Part shown: in pieces, positions 39,951-48,434 of the stretch | How the letters are laid out: every line of letters starts with the position of its first letter | Numbering within the stretch: the stretch's first letter is position 1 | Source: an uncultured Gemmatimonadales bacterium | Lineage (GTDB): Bacteria > Gemmatimonadota > Gemmatimonadetes > Longimicrobiales > Gaopeijiaceae | Direction of reading: 5' to 3' | DNA: 64,000 nt | Assembly (NCBI GenBank): GCA_963809895.1 | Contig: CAWELD010000010.1 | Coordinates: 480,001-544,000, forward strand | Translations under genes and position numbers: made by a program | The notes under the pieces: model-generated | Seen by the model: only the letters and a program-made list of their open reading frames with translations | The model's database searches: none | What the model was told of the DNA's origin: nothing

Positions 39951-41036
39951 ATGCCAAAGATCTTTGCGTGGTCCGTCGTGCTTGGGCTGCTGCCCATCCA
40001 CACACTCGCTGCCCAACGGGTCGTCGTCGCCGGCCCTGCCCGATGCGATTCGTGTCGCATTACCGTGTCAAGGGAATTGCTCTTCGGAGACGACAGCGGT
40101 TCAGGTATCATTGAAGATCTCGGCTCCTGGGTGCGGCGCGGACCTCACGGAGAATATCTAGTGGTGGCGCGCGCAGGCTCAGCGCAGACCATCGCGGTCT
40201 TCGACTCTCTTGGACGCTTTCGGCAACGCGTCGGTAGGCCCGGACAGGGTCCCCGTGAGTTCCAAGACATTGTTCAAGTCCAAGTGGTTCACGGCACGCA
40301 TATCGCAGTGTTGGACCGGCTGAACATGCGCCTCTCTCTATGGTCAGCACAGTTCGCGCTGGAGGAGACTCATCCCTTGGGTGTCCTCTTGGGAAACGAC
40401 GCCTTCTACCTACCGGACGGATCGTTGATCTCCAATGGCCGCCAACCTACGCCGGCTCTTGTCGGTCGTCCAGCCATCCTGATAGACACAGCGGGGCAAC
40501 CCATAAGGGCGTTCAATGCTCATGGTGACCGGTACGTGGCGACTAATGAGGACCAAAGTCGCCGTCGCCTCGCGCTGAGTGGTGATACCGCCTTTTGGTC
40601 TGCTCATGTCGATCGATACGAGATGCATCTTTGGCGCCCGGGAGGACAGCTGCTGCTCACGTTGGACGGTTCGCTCGACTGGTTTCCGAATGTTGCAGAG
40701 GAACAGATTCCCGGCGAACCCTCACCTCCTCGACTCCTTGATCTGAGGGAAAAGGATGGCGTACTGTGGATGCTCGTAGCGGTAGCGGACAAAGACTGGA
40801 AGGACTCGGTTACTCCCGACGCAAAGAACTCCCGAGGTTATCACATTGTCGATTACCGCGGCTACCGGGATGCCATGCTTCACGCGGTTGATGTCCACTC
40901 GGGCGAGCTGTTGGGAGAGTATCGACTAGACGTCCCCGCATTCAACTTCGTAGATGACGACCACCTCGCGTACGTCGAAGAGGACGCCGACCTAGTTCCC
41001 CGTATGGTCATAGTGGCCTTCCACCTCTTGCGTTGA
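39951..41036 (+). CDS. Secreted 6-bladed beta-propeller-like protein
   Basis: Signal peptide; CDSC; VFDSLGRFRQRVGRPGQGPREF. Confidence 0.75.
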   Translation: MPKIFAWSVVLGLLPIHTLAAQRVVVAGPARCDSCRITVSRELLFGDDSGSGIIEDLGSWVRRGPHGEYLVVARAGSAQTIAVFDSLGRFRQRVGRPGQGPREFQDIVQVQVVHGTHIAVLDRLNMRLSLWSAQFALEETHPLGVLLGNDAFYLPDGSLISNGRQPTPALVGRPAILIDTAGQPIRAFNAHGDRYVATNEDQSRRRLALSGDTAFWSAHVDRYEMHLWRPGGQLLLTLDGSLDWFPNVAEEQIPGEPSPPRLLDLREKDGVLWMLVAVADKDWKDSVTPDAKNSRGYHIVDYRGYRDAMLHAVDVHSGELLGEYRLDVPAFNFVDDDHLAYVEEDADLVPRMVIVAFHLLR

Positions 41037-41145
41037 CTGCCTCTTGGACTCTATTAGACGAGGAGCGCGCACCCTACCCGGCTCACTTCATACTTTGTAC
41101 CTAGGGGGGAGGGGCTGTTAATATTCATTCAACGAAGAGGGACCT

Positions 41146-41535
41146 GTGAGAATCCTACTACTCGCATTGCTTCTGACGCCTTTCACAATACTCGGGCGTC
41201 CCGCCCCGCTCTCAGCCCAAGACCCGCACCCCTGCTGGGGCTGCGAATCGATTGGGGGCGCCACGCTCTGTGTGAATGAAGATGGCGACACCGGTCGCAA
41301 GCAGACTTGCACGCAATACTGGGAACCGATCCACTGCGAGTTCAGTCTTGAGAATTGCCCGACCTTCGTGTATGACGAGTTGCCCGCCGACGCCTCGGTG
41401 ACTGTCGGGGGGACATTCCTTGGCGTCGGCTGGCCCGGTGTTACCGAGCAAGACTTGGAAATAAACCCCTGCACTGGCTTGGTGCTGACCATTGCTGACT
41501 ACCCTGATGCACCGCCGTTGACGATGACCTTGTAG
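41146..41535 (+). CDS. Small secreted cysteine-rich protein (7 Cys)
   Basis: GAGGG Shine-Dalgarno; Sec signal ending LSA; N-terminal 6-Cys domain. Confidence 0.75.
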   Translation: MRILLLALLLTPFTILGRPAPLSAQDPHPCWGCESIGGATLCVNEDGDTGRKQTCTQYWEPIHCEFSLENCPTFVYDELPADASVTVGGTFLGVGWPGVTEQDLEINPCTGLVLTIADYPDAPPLTMTL

Positions 41536-41613
41536 CGAGGCCTGGCCCCTCCCCTTTCCTAGGTCTCGGCTGACGAGAAGATAGGTTGCACCACCCGAGG
41601 TTGCAGATGACTC

Positions 41614-42699
41614 TTGAGATACACTTCCACTTGGATAATCCTTTCCTCCACCTGCTTGTTATTCATCATGGGGACCCCCGTGAGGGGTCAAGCATTCGAT
41701 GCCAGTCTCTCCTGGGAGGTGGGTGCAGCAGAAGGTGGTCCTGAAGAGTTGTGGACTTTCATCCGAGATGCGGTCGTGCTCGACGGCACCATATTCGTAG
41801 TAGACTCGGGAGCGCCCGCCATCCGGCTATTTACTCTGGACGGGCAATTCCTGAAGACAATGGGGCGTGCAGGTAGCGGACCAGGCGAGTACCGCATCCC
41901 CCTTTCGGTTGAGACGGCCGGTGACCGTGTGGCGGTGCTAGACCAAACACAGGGTCGCATCTCCTTGTTCGATAGTGGGGGCCGCTATGTCGAGACTCAT
42001 AGGTTGGGTGCGACACCGGTTCGCGTCTGGGAACTCTCCTCAGGTTGGACGCTGTCTCTCTACCGTGGCTACGTCGACGGACAGCTTTCCCTCCTCACGG
42101 CTCGACGCGACGCTAGGCTTGACACACTGGCAACCTTTCCTAATGCCTATGTCGAGTTTCATGTAGCTCCAAGAGGGTACCCGAGCGTCCCGAGCGTCAA
42201 TATCGTTGGCGGCATGGATGGCGCAGTGGCGGTCTTGAATGACTCGACGGTAGTCCTTGTGGATAGTGCATCGATCTTGAGGGTCCTTCGACCTCGAGCA
42301 CGCGGGTGGGTCGAGACGCTTGCGGAGCGTTTGTCAGTACGCTCTGAGCCGCTCTCCGACGCAGATCGACGTGCAGCTGCCGAAGTGGTGCATGCGGCAT
42401 TCCGGGACGATCCGCGCCTAGTAGATCCCACCTTCCCGGAGAAGTGGCCAACGTGGATCGACTCTCACGCCACGAAAGGTGTGGTGTGGCTCCGGGAGGG
42501 AGGCATGAAGGGTTCGTTCCTCGGTCGCTATCCCGAACGGTGGTGGCTATGGCAGCCGGGGCGAGGGGCTGCCCTCGGTCTCATCCTACCTGCCGGGACA
42601 CGAGCGCTTCGCTTTCTTGGCACGAAGGGTGTGATCGCAAAGCGCCAGACATCATTGGGTATAGAGGTCCTGCAATTCTTCAGGATCACGCCGTCGTAG
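41614..42699 (+). CDS. Secreted 6-bladed beta-propeller-like protein
   Basis: IFVVD, FTLDGQFLKTMGRAGSGPGEY, GIEVLQFF C-terminus. Confidence 0.78.
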   Translation: MRYTSTWIILSSTCLLFIMGTPVRGQAFDASLSWEVGAAEGGPEELWTFIRDAVVLDGTIFVVDSGAPAIRLFTLDGQFLKTMGRAGSGPGEYRIPLSVETAGDRVAVLDQTQGRISLFDSGGRYVETHRLGATPVRVWELSSGWTLSLYRGYVDGQLSLLTARRDARLDTLATFPNAYVEFHVAPRGYPSVPSVNIVGGMDGAVAVLNDSTVVLVDSASILRVLRPRARGWVETLAERLSVRSEPLSDADRRAAAEVVHAAFRDDPRLVDPTFPEKWPTWIDSHATKGVVWLREGGMKGSFLGRYPERWWLWQPGRGAALGLILPAGTRALRFLGTKGVIAKRQTSLGIEVLQFFRITPS

Positions 42700-42700
42700 T

Positions 42701-43130
42701 GTGGCAGCCAAGAGAAGGACCCGCGTCATGCTGGGAGGCGTTGCCGTCCTGACTTGCGTTGCGCAGGCCTTGTCGGGTGCGGAGGTTGTCGGTCAGGCGT
42801 CAGCATCCGGGGCGGAGGCCGTTGCAGATGTTCTCCTTCGAGAGCTCGGCATCACCACCACCGCGGGCTCCTCACCAGCGCCGATGGACGGTTCGGGTCT
42901 CGCCTCTCTGCAATCAGCAATCACAGGGCGCACGGCACTTGCACACGCGGTGCGAGGGCTTCTCTCTATGTGGCCAATCAGGGAGTCCTGCGACTCCTCC
43001 CAACAACCGACTGAACGCTGCGGGGATAGAGTCTGGCTGTGGAGTGTATTCGGTGCCTCTGAGCCGGCCGATCTACTGAGGTCGGCCGAGCGCATCGCGA
43101 CGGTTCTGGCCTACTGGATAGACAATCTGC
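42701..43130 (+). pseudogene. Truncated secreted hypothetical protein
   Basis: Signal-like N-terminus; frame runs into the 90-bp repeat and IS end. Confidence 0.35.
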
Positions 43131-43225
43131 AGGAGCTGGTGCTCGAAGCCGTACCCACGGTCCTCCCGCTCCCCGATGGCTCCATGGTGCTCCCGCAGCG
43201 AGACGCAGCCGAGCTGCGGCGCTTC
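43131..43225 (+). repeat. Third copy of the beta-propeller segment (33516-33610)
   Basis: Nucleotide and protein identity. Confidence 0.9.
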
Positions 43226-43625
43226 AGGGCGTGCCCCTGGAGGCCGTGGCGTGTCGTACCGTCCTCACGACGCGAGTCCCGGCATTCTCGCCGCCGGACC
43301 CGCCCCGTCCGCCCCTTCCAGCGCCCGCGTCGTGCCCCCCACTTGGGGCATGCCTCGCACCAACCGCGCCCACCGGCAGCGCCGTCGCCCATACGAGACG
43401 CCGCGCTTTCCTGCGGCGGCTCAAGGGTTCTCCCCCTCGGCGGTGTATCGCCCGCTTCGCCCCGCCACGACGCTCCTCTACCGGGTCGTCCAGCATCACC
43501 TCAACACCTTTCTCGTGCTGCGCGAACGGGACACGGGCCGCTCCGTCCCGACCTGGACCGAGAAGGAGTTCAGGCAGTACCTCACCTGCGGGATCTTGGC
43601 CCACGGCTTCGCCCGCATCCGCTGG
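43226..43625 (+). mobile_element. Left part of IS91/ISCR element (putative end plus transposase N-terminus)
   Basis: First 28 bp identical to 38765-38792; YRPLRPATTLLYRVV..EFRQYLTCGILAHGFARIR. Confidence 0.8.
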
Positions 43626-43833
43626 GCGCGGAAGTCGTCGGCGCACTCGGCGGCGATGCGCATCGCGTCTTCGAACGGGAGGGCGGACTTGAACCGCACC
43701 ATGAGGACGAGGCTGGGGTTCGGCACGGTGCGGCTCCGGCGTGAGGGGACTTCGGCGCCCGCTTGCTGCCGGTGACGGAGGAGGGGCAACTTGTCCGACG
43801 AAGTGCCATCCGAAAAGACCCCCGGGAATCCCA

Positions 43834-44769
43834 ATGCGACCGCTTTCGCTCTCCGCCTCCCTCGTCCTCGCCGCCGCCTGGGCCGGTGCCGCACCGGGAG
43901 GCGTCGCCGCCCAGTCCGCCGGCACCCGGCAGCAGGGCTCCTCGCCCTCCGAGGTGCTCGCCGCCTCCACCGACGCCGACTGGCGGAGTCCGGACCCCGC
44001 GCGAACGGTCTACTTCGAGCTCGCCGGGGGGCGCGTGGTGGTCGAGCTCGCCCCGCGGTTCGCGCCGAACCAGGTGGCGAACATCGAAGCGCTCGTCCGG
44101 GCGGGGATGTTCGACGGGGGCCACGTGGTCCGGAGCCAGGACAACTACGTGGCCCAATGGACGGTGCGGGATCCCGCCGGTGGGACGGAGCCGCCGGCCC
44201 TGGTGGCGACGCCGCTGCCCGGCGAATTCGAGATCCCGGCCGCGGGCTCTCCATTCACGCCCCTTCCCGACCCGGACACGTACGCGCCCGAGGTGGGCTT
44301 GGTGGACGGCTTCCCCGTGGCGCGCGACCCGGCGTCGGGCGTGACGTGGATGGTCCACTGCTACGGCATGGTGGCGGAAGCCCGGGGCAACGACCCGGAC
44401 TCCGGCAACGGCAGCCAACTCTACGCCGTCATCGGTCAGGCGCCCCGCCACCTGGACCGGAGCGCCACCATGGTCGGCCGGGTCGTGTCCGGCATGGAGC
44501 ACCTCTCCACGCTTCCCCGGGGCACGGGGAGCCTCGGCTTCTATGAGACCCCCGGGGAGCGCGCGCCCATCGCGCGCGCGGTCATGGCCTCGGACGTGCC
44601 GGCCGCCGATCGCTCGGCGGTGCAGATCCTGCGCACCGACACGCCGACGTTCCAGGCGTATGTCGCGGCGGAGCGCTTCCGGACGGAAGCGTGGTTCCAG
44701 CATCAGGCAGGTCGAATCGACGTGTGCAACCTCCGGCTTCCTACCCGCGCGACGCCCACGGGGCGGTAG
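43834..44769 (+). CDS. Secreted cyclophilin-type peptidylprolyl isomerase
   Basis: [38 protein letters not shown]. Confidence 0.85.
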   Translation: MRPLSLSASLVLAAAWAGAAPGGVAAQSAGTRQQGSSPSEVLAASTDADWRSPDPARTVYFELAGGRVVVELAPRFAPNQVANIEALVRAGMFDGGHVVRSQDNYVAQWTVRDPAGGTEPPALVATPLPGEFEIPAAGSPFTPLPDPDTYAPEVGLVDGFPVARDPASGVTWMVHCYGMVAEARGNDPDSGNGSQLYAVIGQAPRHLDRSATMVGRVVSGMEHLSTLPRGTGSLGFYETPGERAPIARAVMASDVPAADRSAVQILRTDTPTFQAYVAAERFRTEAWFQHQAGRIDVCNLRLPTRATPTGR

Positions 44770-44849
44770 GCCGGGGCCCGGGCGCGTCGGCAGGACCCGG
44801 CGTCGTTCGCGGATGCGTTCGCCGACGCACGTGGCGGCAAGGGACGTCC

Positions 44850-46298
44850 TCAGCTTCCCTCGTACAGCCGCTCCAGGTCCACCAACTCGACATCCGAACG
44901 CCCTGCTGTTCGGGCCCGGAGCGAGTCATCGAACCTCGCTCCGATGAGCATCAGGCGCGCGTGGGCTGCCCGCGGTCCCAAGGCGGCTCGAGCGCGTTCG
45001 AGCCTGTGGAGGTGGCCGGTATCGAAGGTCTCGCCGGCCTTGGCCTCTGCGATGACACGCACGATGCGCTCCGCTGGGGGGGCGCCGTCGGTTTCGTCGG
45101 CAGCCACCACCACGTCGAGCTGGTGGTCGGTGCCGTCGATCGTGGCAACCGAGGGGCCGACGTGTTCGGGATCTCCATCCAGGGTGTTCCGGCTCGCGTA
45201 GCGGCGCACCCAGGTCCTCGCGATCTCTTCGAACACCGGCCCACGGACCTGAGAGTCGAAGGTGGCGACGAGCCGCCGCGCCCATGTCTCCGCGGGCGCG
45301 CGGTCCCTGAGGAGACGTGCGTGGGGCTCGAGGACGGCGTAGTGGAATTGCAGGAAGGGATCGGCCAGCGCATAGAGTGGCCGTTGGGCGCGGATGGGAT
45401 CCTCGTGACGAGCGACGAAACCGGCGGCCACCAGGCGATTCAGGGCAGGCGCCAGGTTGGACACCGGGCGGCGGAGCCGGTTGGCGATGGAGCCGGCCGT
45501 GACCGACCCGGTAGCGATGGCACCGAGAATGCTGTGATGCATGGACGCGCTCGCCGCAGCCAATGTCGGGTCCTCAGCGAGCAAAGTGTTCGCTTCGTGG
45601 TGGAGGGTGGCCGCCGGCGAGAGAATCCGTCGTGAGATCCAACGGTCGAAGTCCGCCTCGTCTTCGGGCAGGTCGTGGTCGACCATGTCGGTCGCATACC
45701 CGATCACCCCTCCTATGACCGAATACAGCCGGACGGCCAGCGTCAGATCGGCGTCGGGCAGCATGCGCTCCCGGGCCCCCCGGAAGTCCAACGGCTGCAT
45801 CACGAGCTCCAGCCCGGCGCGACCTCGCAACGGCGCTTCCCCCGCCGTCAGCGATCGCATCATCGCCACCGCGGACCCGCACAACACGAGGCGGCTCCGT
45901 CCCGGTCCGCTCCGGCGGCTTCCAGGCCCCAGGGCGCGGGCCACGATCGAGTCGAGGGCGGGGTCTCCCTCGAGCAGATAGCCGAATTCGTCGATCACCA
46001 CCGGGATCGGCTCGTCGGAGCCCAACGCCAGCAGCAGCTCCACGGCCTCGCTCCAATCACCGAGGGCCAGGCGGCCTGTCGCCTGCCAGGCACCGAGGGC
46101 CTCGCCGAGCCGGGCGAGATGGACGGCGGGCTCGCCGCGTGTGGCTTCCCAGTAGAAGCCTCCACGCTCGCGCGCCATCGCCTCCAGCAGCGTGGACTTG
46201 CCGATCCTCCGGCGACCGTACACCAGGCCCAGCGTGGGCCGAGTCACGTTCGAATCCAGGAAGCCCGCCAGGGGTGCGCGGCTCGTGGTCAGATCCAT
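44850..46298 (-). CDS. Archaeal-type AAA ATPase with wHTH and DUF234-like PD-(D/E)xK C-terminus
   Basis: GRRRIGKS, VIDEF, LCGS, YALADPF, QLDVV..AEAK. Confidence 0.8.
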   Translation of the reverse strand: MDLTTSRAPLAGFLDSNVTRPTLGLVYGRRRIGKSTLLEAMARERGGFYWEATRGEPAVHLARLGEALGAWQATGRLALGDWSEAVELLLALGSDEPIPVVIDEFGYLLEGDPALDSIVARALGPGSRRSGPGRSRLVLCGSAVAMMRSLTAGEAPLRGRAGLELVMQPLDFRGARERMLPDADLTLAVRLYSVIGGVIGYATDMVDHDLPEDEADFDRWISRRILSPAATLHHEANTLLAEDPTLAAASASMHHSILGAIATGSVTAGSIANRLRRPVSNLAPALNRLVAAGFVARHEDPIRAQRPLYALADPFLQFHYAVLEPHARLLRDRAPAETWARRLVATFDSQVRGPVFEEIARTWVRRYASRNTLDGDPEHVGPSVATIDGTDHQLDVVVAADETDGAPPAERIVRVIAEAKAGETFDTGHLHRLERARAALGPRAAHARLMLIGARFDDSLRARTAGRSDVELVDLERLYEGS

Positions 46299-46325
46299 GC
46301 CTCTTTCCGGGCCGAGAGGGGGTCT

Positions 46326-46377
46326 ATACTCTTCGCTAGAATACTATGATTGTTAATAGTATGCCAGCATGGAGTAT
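46326..46377. promoter_or_regulatory. Nested inverted-repeat operator upstream of the ATPase gene
   Basis: ATACTC...GAGTAT and ATACTAT-N8-ATAGTAT share one centre. Confidence 0.6.
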
Positions 46378-46411
46378 TTGCCGTTGACTGACCCAGGGCC
46401 CCGCGGTTCCC

Positions 46412-46795
46412 CTATCCGCCGAAGGCCGCGGCCAGACCCCGATCGAAGGTGCGGATGCGTTCGACGTCGCGGCGTCGGCAGCAGGCGAGGTGAAGGAGGT
46501 CCCGGGCCGTGAGCCCGGGGTTCGCGCCCACGAGCGAGCGGGCCAGATCCACGTCTTCCCAGTCCACGGACCAGATCTCGCCCACCTGGGTGCGCGCCAG
46601 CGTGAGCGCGGCATCCAGCGTCTCCATCCGGTTCGCCGGCAGGTAGGCGTGGAGCAGCTCCTGGAGCACCTCCGCGGAGGTGACCAGCGTTTCAGCTGAA
46701 ACGCGCTCCCGCAGGAAGAACGCCCGCGCCTCTTCCTTCAAGGGATGCTCCCGACCCACGGCGTACATGAAGACGTTGGTGTCGACGAAGATCAT
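46412..46795 (-). CDS. vapC: VapC PIN-domain toxin
   Basis: MIFVDTNVF..QE..RD..TFD. Confidence 0.9.
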   Translation of the reverse strand: MIFVDTNVFMYAVGREHPLKEEARAFFLRERVSAETLVTSAEVLQELLHAYLPANRMETLDAALTLARTQVGEIWSVDWEDVDLARSLVGANPGLTARDLLHLACCRRRDVERIRTFDRGLAAAFGG

Positions 46796-47067
46796 GTCCC
46801 GCTTCCGCCGGAGCGCTGGGAGTCGCCGATGAGCCGCTTGTGCTGGTCCCAATCCGGTTCCCGGCCGGGCTCTCGGGCGTCGCACTCGTCGAAGAAGCGC
46901 TTCAGCTCGCTCTGGGTCTCGAGGCCGCGGCGACCTTCCGCGGCCTGCGCCCGTTCCCGGGCAGCTTCCCGTAGCCAGGCGCTCAGCGTCTTGCCCTCGC
47001 GCACCGCCATGCGCCTGAATCGCTCCTTCTCAGCGGCGTCGAGGACGAGATGAATGCGCTCGGTCAT
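46792..47067 (-). CDS. vapB: RHH-type antitoxin
   Basis: RIHLVLD..A.REGKTLSAWLREA; ATGA overlap with vapC. Confidence 0.8.
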   Translation of the reverse strand: MTERIHLVLDAAEKERFRRMAVREGKTLSAWLREAARERAQAAEGRRGLETQSELKRFFDECDAREPGREPDWDQHKRLIGDSQRSGGSGT

Positions 47068-47198
47068 AGCAACCCCGGTGGGCTCATACTTAATACATAC
47101 ACATCAATCATACCCACGACCGGGATTTGCGACAAGAAACCTGGATCCAACGGTGAGGTGTTGCCGATCCGCCGGGCTGGTGATCGTGCGCCACCTCG

Positions 47199-48434
47199 CT
47201 ATCCCACCCCACGCCCTCCCAGCGCCCCCAGGCGCGCCCCGTCCAGGGCACCGAACAGGTGGGCCCGTCCGGGGAGGATGCGCACGCCCACGGCGTTGCC
47301 GACATCGGCGGTGTGATCCGGGCCGACGCGAGCCACCCAGGGCGCGCGACCGGGCCCTTCGAGGTGCAGAAGAAGCTCGCTGCCCAGGGCTTCTCTCCGT
47401 AGCACTGCGCTCTCGAAATGGACGCCGGACTCGGACGGTTTGCCCACCGCCAATCCCTCGGGGCGCACCCCGAGCACTGCGGGCCCCTCGGAGGGCGAGG
47501 GTTCGGGGGATTCTCTCGACGCCCCGGTACCGCTGCGGGGCGCCGCAGCCTCGCCGCCGGCTGCCGGCGTCGGCCGAGGCGACAGGTCTTCGGGCCGCCC
47601 GACCACGGTGAGCATCCCGGCGGTGAAGACCGGGCCACCGCCGTCGTCGGTGAGGACACCGTCGACGGTATTGATGGGTGGGCTGCCGATGAAGCGTGCC
47701 ACGAAGAGGTTGGCGGGAGTGTCGTAGATCTCCAGCGGCCGGCCCACCTGCTGCAGCTCGCCGGCCCGGAGCACGGCGATGCGGTCGCCGAGGCTCATGG
47801 CCTCCACCTGATCGTGGGTGACGAAGATCATGGTGGTGCCGAGACGCCGGTGGAGCGCGGCGATCTCGTCGCGCATCTCCAGCCGCAGCCGGGCATCCAG
47901 ATTCGACAGGGGCTCGTCGAACAGAAAGACGGCGGGCTCGCGCACGAGCGCCCGACCCAACGCCACCCGCTGACGCTGCCCCCCGGAGAGCTGCCCGGGA
48001 CGGCGGTCCAGGAGCTCGTCCAGGCCGAGCATGCCCGCGGCCCACGCCACTCGTCGCTGGATCTCGGCCGCCGGCATCTTCCGCATGCGCAGGGCGAAGG
48101 ACAGGTTGTCCCGCACCCGCATGTGGGGATAGAGCGCGTAGTTCTGGAAGACCATGGCCACGTCGCGCTCGCCGGGCTCGAGCTCATTGACCGTCCGGCC
48201 TCCGATGTGGATCTCGCCGGCCGTGGGTTCCTCGATGCCGGCGATCATGCGGAGCACGGTGCTCTTGCCGCAGCCCGACGGGCCCAGCAGCACCAGGAGT
48301 TCACCGCCCGCCACCTCCAGGTCCAGCGGCTGCACGGCGTCCACGTCGCCGAAACGCTTGGCGAGGCCGTGCAGCGCCAGGGGGGCGCCGGGCGTTGCGT
48401 GTTCCTGGTCAGACGCTCGGGGGGATTCCGTCAC
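47199..48434 (-). CDS. Sugar ABC transporter ATP-binding protein (MalK/UgpC-like)
   Basis: GPSGCGKS, LSGGQRQR, FDEPLSNLD, FVTHDQ; GTG overlaps upstream stop. Confidence 0.93.
   Translation of the reverse strand: MTESPRASDQEHATPGAPLALHGLAKRFGDVDAVQPLDLEVAGGELLVLLGPSGCGKSTVLRMIAGIEEPTAGEIHIGGRTVNELEPGERDVAMVFQNYALYPHMRVRDNLSFALRMRKMPAAEIQRRVAWAAGMLGLDELLDRRPGQLSGGQRQRVALGRALVREPAVFLFDEPLSNLDARLRLEMRDEIAALHRRLGTTMIFVTHDQVEAMSLGDRIAVLRAGELQQVGRPLEIYDTPANLFVARFIGSPPINTVDGVLTDDGGGPVFTAGMLTVVGRPEDLSPRPTPAAGGEAAAPRSGTGASRESPEPSPSEGPAVLGVRPEGLAVGKPSESGVHFESAVLRREALGSELLLHLEGPGRAPWVARVGPDHTADVGNAVGVRILPGRAHLFGALDGARLGALGGRGVG

Noticed and set aside
33516..43225. Diversity-generating retroelement template/variable repeats (90-bp repeats)
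   Set aside because: No reverse transcriptase; differences are synonymous and not adenine-specific; copies abut IS91 ends
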